The notes under the pieces are model-generated. The model was not told the DNA's origin, made no database searches, and worked only from the letters and a program-made list of their open reading frames with translations. From NCBI GenBank assembly GCA_036677065.1, contig JAKFBS010000002.1, positions 1-64,000 on the forward strand: a DNA stretch of 64,000 nucleotides, written 5' to 3'. The first letter of the stretch is position 1, and the number at the start of each line of letters is the position of its first letter. Shown in pieces: positions 48,369 to 56,060 of the stretch. The stretch is from Bdellovibrio sp. GTDB taxonomy: Bacteria; Bdellovibrionota; Bdellovibrionia; Bdellovibrionales; Bdellovibrionaceae. A program made the position numbers and the translations under genes.

Positions 48369-49739
48369 TTACTGTTGTGCAGCTTGAATCATAACGCGGC
48401 AATCAGGAACTGCTTGGCCAGTGAAAGCTGAATCAAGGTCTAGATCAAGTGACAATTGGCCTGCTTTACAAGTGTTAACTAGCACATTTACTGAGTGAGC
48501 TACGTTTGTCTTAAATGTATTGATATCAGTAGCAGTCATACCAGTTTCTAATTTAAAGAAAGCTTGGCCTTCAGCTGTGTTGATAAGTTTATAAAGTTTT
48601 AAAAGTTTTTCGAAAGTCTCTGGGTTAAAGTGACGTACGCCTTCTAGTAATTTACCGTTTTTGATGTGATTTTCTTTAGCCACGCCACAGTCGTTATCTT
48701 TCATCATCATCTTTTTAAGCATCAATGTGCCAGCTGGGTAAGTTTTGCCAGCGGCGATGTCTTTTTTAGATAATGAATCTAATTTATCAACTTGAGTTTT
48801 ACCAGTCTTAGCGTCTTTAACTACAGCGTAAGCTTCCATAGTGTAGTGTAAGTTACCTAAGCGATCTTGTTGGCTTAACATTGTATCTAATAAAATCATA
48901 TCAGCTACGTTTTGCATTTTTAAAACTTCTTGAGCGTTAGTTTGTGACCAGTTTAAGTTGCCGATAGCAGCAGCGTTTGTTAAACGGGCATAGGTGGCAT
49001 TTTTAGCTTTAAAATTTGCTGTACGAGTTGGTTGGTCAGAACCACCATTGAATAATTCAGAGTATTTCTCTTCTTTAGAAGGGTTGTTTTGCAAAGCACC
49101 AAAACTGTATTGGTAATCATCAGTAAATACGTTTGTTGATTTAGCATGCGCTTGTTTTTTAGTTAAGATTGATAAAAGACCAGCCCAAGTTTGCGCGATA
49201 AGGTCTGTTTTATTCTTAATAGTCGCGTATGTTTTTTCGCCGATCGCTTTGTGAGTAGCTGCATCAACCGTTCTTAAAACCACTGCCGGAACTTGGTTGA
49301 TATTACCTAAGAAGCGAGAAACGTGGTAATAAGATAAAAGTGAAGGTGTATAGCTGCAGCTTGTAGATAATTTGTATTTAGCCGCTTTTTTGAAAGCGTT
49401 ATCACCTTTTTCGCCACCTGGTTTTTGTAAAAAACAACCTTGAGCTTCCATTTGAGAAGCTGTGTAACCATCTGCAATTTCATAGAATTCCAAAGCTGGA
49501 TTTGTACTTTCAACTTTACCGCATACAGCAGCAGAAGTTCCGATATTCATAGAACATAATTCTTGTTCTTTTTCTAAATCTTTTTTAGAAAATTTAGATC
49601 CTTCAAGGCGGTTAGGGATGTAACAGATTTCACCGCGATCCATAGCGATCTTCTGTGCGCCACGGCCTGGCATGTTCGGTGTTAATGTAGCTTGTGCTAA
49701 CATCGGGGCTAATAAGACCATAACTACTGCTTTTTTCAT
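48369..49739 (-). CDS. Secreted atypical kinase-like protein (Fam20/Four-jointed/PI4K-II-like)
   Basis: AKYK; SYYHVSRFLG…VPAVVLR; GALQ; DMILLDTMLSQQDRLGN catalytic loop; MKDNDCG (DFG-equivalent). Signal peptide and GAGGA SD present. Confidence 0.7.
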   Translation of the reverse strand: MKKAVVMVLLAPMLAQATLTPNMPGRGAQKIAMDRGEICYIPNRLEGSKFSKKDLEKEQELCSMNIGTSAAVCGKVESTNPALEFYEIADGYTASQMEAQGCFLQKPGGEKGDNAFKKAAKYKLSTSCSYTPSLLSYYHVSRFLGNINQVPAVVLRTVDAATHKAIGEKTYATIKNKTDLIAQTWAGLLSILTKKQAHAKSTNVFTDDYQYSFGALQNNPSKEEKYSELFNGGSDQPTRTANFKAKNATYARLTNAAAIGNLNWSQTNAQEVLKMQNVADMILLDTMLSQQDRLGNLHYTMEAYAVVKDAKTGKTQVDKLDSLSKKDIAAGKTYPAGTLMLKKMMMKDNDCGVAKENHIKNGKLLEGVRHFNPETFEKLLKLYKLINTAEGQAFFKLETGMTATDINTFKTNVAHSVNVLVNTCKAGQLSLDLDLDSAFTGQAVPDCRVMIQAAQQ

Positions 49740-49797
49740 AAAATCCTCTTTCTTTTTTATAAAATATCTTTAAATCAAAAATCTAAAATTAATAAAT

Positions 49798-51228
49798 CTA
49801 GTCGCCGTCATTTTTAATCAGCTCTGCCGCTGAAGCGCGCAAGTAATTAAACTTACCCGGGTGAAGAAGGCTTGTTACAAACCCATCGTAAAGGCTAACT
49901 ACGTTTTCAATGACTGGGCGATCAAACGGTTGGCTCTGCACTAGGGCGCGTGATTCTTTATCGCTGAATTTAACTCCCATAACATCAACGACTAAGTTGA
50001 TCGGTAATTTTAATTCTACGTGGCGGGCATCAGCATCACCTGTGACTAAACGGCTATTGTTTTTCAATACAAAAGTTGGATCTTTTAAACCTTTTGCTGA
50101 ATACATATTTCCTAAGTAAACACCTTGGCTGCGATCAATCGTCGTTTGAAAACCTGCTGTCGATTCAAAAGCACTGCGGTGATAAGCCGTTGCCCCTTCA
50201 ATTTGTAAAAAGCTTGGATTTTCGGCGATACCTTCGGCTAATACTGCAAAGATCGCTTTAGCGCGCGCTTCTAAAGCAGGGTCTTTCGCAACGATTTCTT
50301 GAGTTAACTTCTCAAGGCGAGCATTAGATTCAGCTTGTCTGCCAGCTGCTACTTTTGATTTAAACGGAGCAAATAACATATCAACTTGGCTTTGAGATAA
50401 AGTGACATCAAGTTTTTGCACGTTGTGATTGCCGTTTAAATTTTTGTATTTCGGGCTCTGAATGATATCATCAAGAGCTGATTTAATTTCTAATTTGTAT
50501 GATTTTCCATGCGGGGCAAACATTTTAAAAGTAGCGCCAAAACGTGTTTGCATGTCAGCTAAGTTTAAAATTTTACTTTCGCCGTTCACATTAAGATCAA
50601 ACAGGCCGTCAGATTTTTTTGTGATCATTACTTTAGAGCCATTCGCTAATGAACCAGCGACTGGAACATCCGCAGTCATTTTTTCAAAGTTTACTTCGCG
50701 TAAGTAAGTTCTGATGCGCGGTTGGTGTTTGGCATTACCTTTGTTATCAATTAATGGTTTAGTGTAATACGTAAATGTGCTGTCGGTAGCACCTTCTGGT
50801 GGCGGGGCATCACGTACAGTTAATTTGTCATTAGTATTTGTTTCACCTTTAACTTGTAATTCGAACATACGCTGGTGAACTTGGCGCGTAAAACCTTCAG
50901 ATGCTGAATCTAAACCATCTAAAACCTTTTCTAAAGTTTCAGGCGATAAATTTTGCTTAATCAATTTATTAACATAATCATTTGAACGTTGAACTGATAA
51001 TTTAGTTTTCCATTCGCTGCGCCAAACTGTTGCAAGTTTTCCTGTTAAAGTTGCGCGTAAGTTTTTTAATAAAGTAACATAGCGGTTTTCTTCAACTTGA
51101 ACTTTATCAACAATTCTGGTTGGCGGAGCCGCTTTGCCCGAGAACAAATCAACGCAGGCATTGGCAGCCACTGCATTTGCAGAATAAATTTGTGCGGCTA
51201 AGATAAGTGGCAATAATTGTTTTTTCAT
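49798..51228 (-). CDS. Secreted VTC/CYTH-like triphosphate tunnel metalloenzyme
   Basis: RSEWK, PRIRTY, KLEIKS, AYHRSAF, TTID, VELK and GKF appear in the order seen in VTC domains. Signal peptide followed by CVDLF. Confidence 0.65.
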   Translation of the reverse strand: MKKQLLPLILAAQIYSANAVAANACVDLFSGKAAPPTRIVDKVQVEENRYVTLLKNLRATLTGKLATVWRSEWKTKLSVQRSNDYVNKLIKQNLSPETLEKVLDGLDSASEGFTRQVHQRMFELQVKGETNTNDKLTVRDAPPPEGATDSTFTYYTKPLIDNKGNAKHQPRIRTYLREVNFEKMTADVPVAGSLANGSKVMITKKSDGLFDLNVNGESKILNLADMQTRFGATFKMFAPHGKSYKLEIKSALDDIIQSPKYKNLNGNHNVQKLDVTLSQSQVDMLFAPFKSKVAAGRQAESNARLEKLTQEIVAKDPALEARAKAIFAVLAEGIAENPSFLQIEGATAYHRSAFESTAGFQTTIDRSQGVYLGNMYSAKGLKDPTFVLKNNSRLVTGDADARHVELKLPINLVVDVMGVKFSDKESRALVQSQPFDRPVIENVVSLYDGFVTSLLHPGKFNYLRASAAELIKNDGD

Positions 51229-51230
51229 AA

Positions 51231-52496
51231 TTATTTAACCCCTGGGTGTGCGGTAGGAATTTTACCTTGAGAATTAATATATTTGATAAGTTCAGGATAT
51301 TTGCTCGCATCGATTTCCATGACCATGTACTGAATGCCAGGGCCAGCAACCGAAGCTTTTTCTTCAGCGAATACAATGTAAGTGTGTTTTGATTTATTAA
51401 ACTGGTCTACTTTTTCAAAAATCCATGTTTGGTGCTCTTTAGAAAATGCACTGCTGTGGTCTAAACGGATTTCAGCTAAATTTGGGCCAGAATAAAGAGC
51501 TTTAGAATCAAAGTGCGTTTTAATCTGTTTGTTAAGCTCAATAACTTCAGAACGTAATTGTTGTGCCTGCTGAGGAATATCAATATGGTTGATACGTTCT
51601 ACTAGGTAAGCAGAGGTTTCGCGCGGGGCTGAAGCTATGACATGTGTAGCGATTGGTTCAGGGGTGGAGCGACCAACCATATTAATTGGGTTTGTCGCAA
51701 TGCCTGTAGCCAGAATAATAAAGCCCATACCGATCGCAGCTTTCATGGGTTCTTTGAATAAGACTTTAAAGAAAACATCGCGGGCTCTGCGGTATTCAAA
51801 AACCAAACGAATTTTCGTCATTGAATTTGTGCGCAATAAATTGCGTAATTCATCTTTTTTGAAATATTCAAAGAACTTAGCAAGTTTATCGATCTTAGTT
51901 AGTAATGGTCCATCAATGATGAGTGGAATTTTAATTTTAGCGTTTATGCCAGCTCCTAAGATGTCGCCTAATTCATGCTCAGTTTTTTTGATTTTAACTT
52001 CGCCAGCTTTTAAAAAACTTTCAGCAATCTTTTTTGAACCAGTTCCTGTTGGCGTACGTAGAGTGATTTTATCAACGATAAACTGGCTTTTCTCTGTAGA
52101 CATTGATTTGTAAGTCACTTCAAAGAAATAACCATCTTTAGCTGCGATACCGATTGAAAGTTCACCTTTAGTTAAAACATTTTTCTCTTCTAAGACATAA
52201 GATGTGTTTTGTAGTAATAGACGCATCATCTCGATCGATGCTTCTTCTGGTTTAGTTGAAAATCCCATTTCTTCAATGACTAGTTTTTCAACCACTTCAG
52301 AGTTTGTATGTCTTTTTAATTCTACGCGATTTGAATTTGATTTAACTGGTTCAATAATAACAGGAATCTTGCGAGCGACAGGGGCGGGTGCAGGCAATAA
52401 TAAGATGGGTTCAAAAAGCTGGCGGCAGCTATTGCCATAAGCCATAGATGAAGTGACGAAAGACAATGTATATAAAATTGCGACTAAGATTCTCAT
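51231..52496 (-). CDS. Exported hypothetical protein with one internal TM helix (start likely ATG 52496)
   Basis: Signal peptide followed by CRQLF, a hydrophobic AAIGMGFIILATGIA segment, and a stop 2 nt before the VTC-like gene. Confidence 0.7.
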   Translation of the reverse strand: MRILVAILYTLSFVTSSMAYGNSCRQLFEPILLLPAPAPVARKIPVIIEPVKSNSNRVELKRHTNSEVVEKLVIEEMGFSTKPEEASIEMMRLLLQNTSYVLEEKNVLTKGELSIGIAAKDGYFFEVTYKSMSTEKSQFIVDKITLRTPTGTGSKKIAESFLKAGEVKIKKTEHELGDILGAGINAKIKIPLIIDGPLLTKIDKLAKFFEYFKKDELRNLLRTNSMTKIRLVFEYRRARDVFFKVLFKEPMKAAIGMGFIILATGIATNPINMVGRSTPEPIATHVIASAPRETSAYLVERINHIDIPQQAQQLRSEVIELNKQIKTHFDSKALYSGPNLAEIRLDHSSAFSKEHQTWIFEKVDQFNKSKHTYIVFAEEKASVAGPGIQYMVMEIDASKYPELIKYINSQGKIPTAHPGVK

Positions 52497-52619
52497 ACCA
52501 GTTGGTATAATCAAGAAATGTACCGCGACGTATGCTTATAGCTGGATTATATTGATTCTGAGTGTCTCATTTCGAGAGGCTCGGCGTGAAAAGGCACAGA
52601 TTGATATGACACTGTCTAA

Positions 52620-53498
52620 TTATTTTTCACCCTCGTAACGGTAGCGTTCTAAGAACCACTCGACCCGAGTACGCATTTTTTCTGGAAATTCCACAAGGGT
52701 TGCATCAGTGATTTCACCTTTAATAATCTGAGCGGCATACGCATCGCAAACTTCACCCAGCTTTTTATTCAGCTTTTTAAGAAAATCGATTTGTTCATTA
52801 TCGCCTTCATTTTTGTCGGCATTAAGTCTTACTTCGCCGCTCTTAAGTTCATGCTGAATTTGCATAAAACGTAAGATATCACGCATGTTCTTACGAACAT
52901 CATGAAGTTCATCGACTTCCATTGTTCGTTTCGCCATAATTTCGCGTGTGTCTTTGATGATAGCTTCAAAATACTCTTTAACTGATTTTCTAGAAGCGGG
53001 CTTTATGTCTTTAAGTAAAGCTTCAAATTCAACATCTTTAAATTTCTTAATAAGTTTTTTTGCAGCTTGTTGCGCCTGGGCGCTTTCGCCGATATTTACC
53101 ATGTCTTTAAGGTGACCAAAATCACGAACGAATTTGGCAAATTTATCAGGGCTTGCATGGTCTTTACTTGAGGTCTGAAATACCGAGCGTAAAAACGAAG
53201 TGTCTTGGCGAAATCTATTGATCTTCACTTTTTGCTCAGGCGTGATAACAGCTAGCCCTGTATAGCGAATAGTCATAAGAGTGGTTTTAAGATCTACTAA
53301 GTCAGCGTTAGCTAGTAAGTTGTAGTGTGCGGTCTCGAGAAAGCGCGCAGATTCTTTTTTGCCATTTAACGTGATAATGAATTCTTTAACTTCATACTCT
53401 TTGGCTTCAAATAGATTTTTGCAAGCTAATGCCTCAGCATTTACCTTGAGAGATACCAGCGTTAAAATCAGAATGAAAAAAGTTTTACATACGTTCAT
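52620..53498 (-). CDS. Secreted CHAD-domain (polyphosphate-binding-like) protein
   Basis: Two pseudo-repeats: INRFRQ…FLRS…FGHLKD and ELHDVRKNMRDILRF…LKKLNKKLGEVCD. Signal peptide followed by CKNLF. Confidence 0.7.
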   Translation of the reverse strand: MNVCKTFFILILTLVSLKVNAEALACKNLFEAKEYEVKEFIITLNGKKESARFLETAHYNLLANADLVDLKTTLMTIRYTGLAVITPEQKVKINRFRQDTSFLRSVFQTSSKDHASPDKFAKFVRDFGHLKDMVNIGESAQAQQAAKKLIKKFKDVEFEALLKDIKPASRKSVKEYFEAIIKDTREIMAKRTMEVDELHDVRKNMRDILRFMQIQHELKSGEVRLNADKNEGDNEQIDFLKKLNKKLGEVCDAYAAQIIKGEITDATLVEFPEKMRTRVEWFLERYRYEGEK

Positions 53499-53580
53499 CG
53501 TTAGAGAATATAACGGTTTCGCACTGTTGATTTCAACTGTAATGATTCTGACAGTGTGTTGTCGAACTTATGATGGTTTT

Positions 53581-53612
53581 AAAAAACTAAGGCCACTCGA
53601 GGCGGCCTTAGT
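53581..53612 (-). terminator. Intrinsic terminator (minus strand)
   Basis: Minus strand reads ACTAAGGCC-N9-GGCCTTAGT followed by a T run. Confidence 0.75.
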
Positions 53613-53643
53613 AACACTTTTTGTCTAAATTAAGATTTTAAAA

Positions 53644-54012
53644 TTAGTAAGTATCTAAATCGTAAGACTGGCATTTGATGGTAGAAACAGTGGCTTCACA
53701 AGACGCATTGATTGTTCCGTCTCTCCAGCACTTCGTCAGTACGTTGTTGCGAACATGAGAAACAGTTTGCATGTAGATTGAATCACTTCCGTAGAACACG
53801 AAGTACGTTGCAGTATTTGTGCACTTTAGTGTAGCCATTTTCTCGTCGGCATTGTCTTGAGAAGTTTCGCATTGAAATGTTGAAGACTGTGCGTTTAAAG
53901 CTTTTAAAAAACTTGGGCTAACGTCTTTCCAGTTACAGTTCGAGCCAGCTGCTGCAAAAGTCGTAACTTGTAAGAAAATAATAATAGCTAAAATAACGCC
54001 CGCTCTGAACAT
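53644..54012 (-). CDS. Small secreted Cys-rich protein (start corrected from 54129)
   Basis: AGGAG SD before MFRAGVILAII, a signal peptide, and six Cys in 122 aa. Confidence 0.75.
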   Translation of the reverse strand: MFRAGVILAIIIFLQVTTFAAAGSNCNWKDVSPSFLKALNAQSSTFQCETSQDNADEKMATLKCTNTATYFVFYGSDSIYMQTVSHVRNNVLTKCWRDGTINASCEATVSTIKCQSYDLDTY

Positions 54013-54249
54013 GAGAATCTCCTGCTTGATCTTTGAGTTCAATATTTTGAATGGTTGAGGTGATAGCTTAAGGAACAGGTATTGTTGAGTTATTGTTTGG
54101 CGGTATTTAGAATCATGAAGATTTTGCAAGGGCAGATTGAGGATAAAAAAGCCCCCTGATTTGCGTCAGAGTGCTAGGAAGCAATAAAAACTAGCCAGTG
54201 ATGCCATGAAAATAGGCACGTCTGATTTCAGCCTTGCCACCAGGGTGGT

Positions 54250-54347
54250 CATAGTCTAATTTAACCCTTCAAATTAAGGCTAACAGTTGAGCTATCAAGT
54301 AAACTGAATATTTCAGTTTCGCCCTGTTGGAGGAAGGTTAGACTATG
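54250..54347 (+). promoter_or_regulatory. Structured rpmI-rplT leader (candidate L20 autoregulatory element)
   Basis: CATAGTCTAA/TTAGACTATG and CTAACAG/CTGTTGG pairings cover the SD and ATG. Internal hairpins TTGA-GCTA-TCAA and AAACTGAA-TAT-TTCAGTTT are also present. Confidence 0.5.
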
Positions 54348-54539
54348 TCTAAGATGAAAACGCACTCTGGGGCTAAGAAACGCATGCGCGTTCTGCCATC
54401 AGGAAAAGTAAAGCGCAAACAAACAAAAATGCGCCATTTAAACTCACACATGAGTTCGAAAACAAAACGTCATTTAGGCCAAACGGTTTTGGTTGCTGAC
54501 TCTAACATGCTTCAAGTGAAGCGCCAATTCGGTTTCTAA
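54345..54539 (+). CDS. rpmI: 50S ribosomal protein L35
   Basis: MSKMKTHSGAKKR…GKVKR…RH; adjacent to rplT. Confidence 0.95.
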   Translation: MSKMKTHSGAKKRMRVLPSGKVKRKQTKMRHLNSHMSSKTKRHLGQTVLVADSNMLQVKRQFGF

Positions 54540-54551
54540 GAGGAGTAGCTC

Positions 54552-54899
54552 ATGGCACGTGTAAAATCGGGGATGACTAATCGTCGTCGCCACAAAAAAG
54601 TTTTAAAAAGAACAAAAGGTTACTATTCAGCGGGTTCACGCTCATACACTCACGCGGTTGAAAAAAATGACCGTGGTATGGTATTCGCTTACAAACACAG
54701 AAAAATGAAAAAACGTAACTTCCGTATGCTTTGGACACAAAGAATCAATGCGGCTGCTCGTTTAAACGGTACAACGTACTCTCGCTTAATCGGTGGATTA
54801 ATCAAAGCGGGCATTACTTTAGATCGTAAAGTTTTATCTGATATCGCGATCACTGATGCAGCGGCATTCACTGCTTTGTGTCAGCACGCGATCAAATAG
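54552..54899 (+). CDS. rplT: 50S ribosomal protein L20
   Basis: MARVK, KGYY, FRMLWTQRINAAAR and LDRKVLSDIA motifs. Confidence 0.97.
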   Translation: MARVKSGMTNRRRHKKVLKRTKGYYSAGSRSYTHAVEKNDRGMVFAYKHRKMKKRNFRMLWTQRINAAARLNGTTYSRLIGGLIKAGITLDRKVLSDIAITDAAAFTALCQHAIK

Positions 54900-54946
54900 T
54901 CTAATTTCTTATTAGATGTCGCTACGAAGTGGCGCAAAATATTTGC

Positions 54947-54977
54947 AAAAGGCGAGAGAAATCTCGCCTTTTTTTTT
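54947..54977 (+). terminator. Intrinsic terminator
   Basis: AAAAGGCGAGA-GAAA-TCTCGCCTTTTTTTTT. Confidence 0.9.
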
Positions 54978-54998
54978 ACTTAGGACTACTCTCTCACC

Positions 54999-56060
54999 AT
55001 GTCTGCAAACTACACTGATAAACATGCCGCATTTGAGCAACGTAAAAAGGCTCATATTGATCTGTCTCTCGATCCGAGAACTCAAGGAAAGACAGCTTCG
55101 CATTTTGATAAAATCAAATTAATTCACGAAGCCTTACCTGAAATTAATTTATCAGATGTTACTCTAGAAACGAAACTTTTAGGTTACCAATTTTCTTCTC
55201 CGCATTTTGTAAGCTCAATGACGGCAGGGCACCAGAACAGCAAAGTCATTAATATGCGTTTAGCAAAAGCGGCTGCTAAAAATAATTGGCTTATGGCCGT
55301 AGGTTCGCAACGTCGCGAACTTTCTGATTCGCAAGCCTCATTCGAATGGCAAGTCATTAAATCAGCGTCACCGCAAACACAGTTTGTTTCAAACATCGGT
55401 CTTGAAGAATTAATTCAACAACCAACGTCTGAAATTCTAAAATTAACTGAATCTGTTGAAGCTCTTGGAATTTATGTTCATTTAAATCCATTGCAAGAAG
55501 CATTTCAGAATCTTGGCCAAGCTAATTTTAAAAATGGCTTAGCTGCGATCAAAAAACTTTGCAAAGCATCACCTGTACCAGTTCTTGTTAAAGAAGTAGG
55601 TTATGGAATATCTAAAGCGACGGCGCAAAAATTATTGTTAGCTGGTGTTGAAGTGATCGATGTGGCCGGTAAAGGCGGAACTCACTGGGGGCTACTTGAA
55701 GGTTTACGTGATCAATCACAAGCCGGGCTTTTAGCTGATTCCAGTCTTGCCTTTAAAGACTGGGGCTTTAGTGCTGTTGAAAGTTTGATCCAGTGTAAAA
55801 CACTAACTAAGAAAAATTCTTTCTGGGCTTCAGGTGGAATTCGTTCTGGTGTTGATTCGGCAAAATGTTTAGCTTTAGGAGCGCGTGCAGTAGGTGTAGC
55901 GCAACCGTTAATGAAAGCGGCCATAGAATCTGATCAACATGTGTTAGATGTTATGACTCGTTTTGATTACGAATTAAAAGTGGCTCTGTTTGGAGTCGGT
56001 GCTTCGTCGCTTAAAGACTTAGCGAAAAAAAAGGTTTGTTATGTTAACGGAACTATTTAA
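54999..56060 (+). CDS. fni: Type 2 (FMN-dependent) isopentenyl-diphosphate delta-isomerase
   Basis: RKKAHI, HEALPE, SSMTAG, VGSQR, HLNPLQE, KEVGYG, GKGGT and SGGIR motifs. Confidence 0.93.
   Translation: MSANYTDKHAAFEQRKKAHIDLSLDPRTQGKTASHFDKIKLIHEALPEINLSDVTLETKLLGYQFSSPHFVSSMTAGHQNSKVINMRLAKAAAKNNWLMAVGSQRRELSDSQASFEWQVIKSASPQTQFVSNIGLEELIQQPTSEILKLTESVEALGIYVHLNPLQEAFQNLGQANFKNGLAAIKKLCKASPVPVLVKEVGYGISKATAQKLLLAGVEVIDVAGKGGTHWGLLEGLRDQSQAGLLADSSLAFKDWGFSAVESLIQCKTLTKKNSFWASGGIRSGVDSAKCLALGARAVGVAQPLMKAAIESDQHVLDVMTRFDYELKVALFGVGASSLKDLAKKKVCYVNGTI

Noticed and set aside
46495..54012. Inserted block as a prophage, ICE or anti-phage defence island
   Set aside because: It has no integrase, phage structural, nuclease or NTPase defence signatures, and every product is exported.
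54241..54252. CAGGGTGGTCAT as a T-box
   Set aside because: It lacks the ACC of GGTGGNACC, has no terminator/antiterminator, and precedes ribosomal-protein genes.
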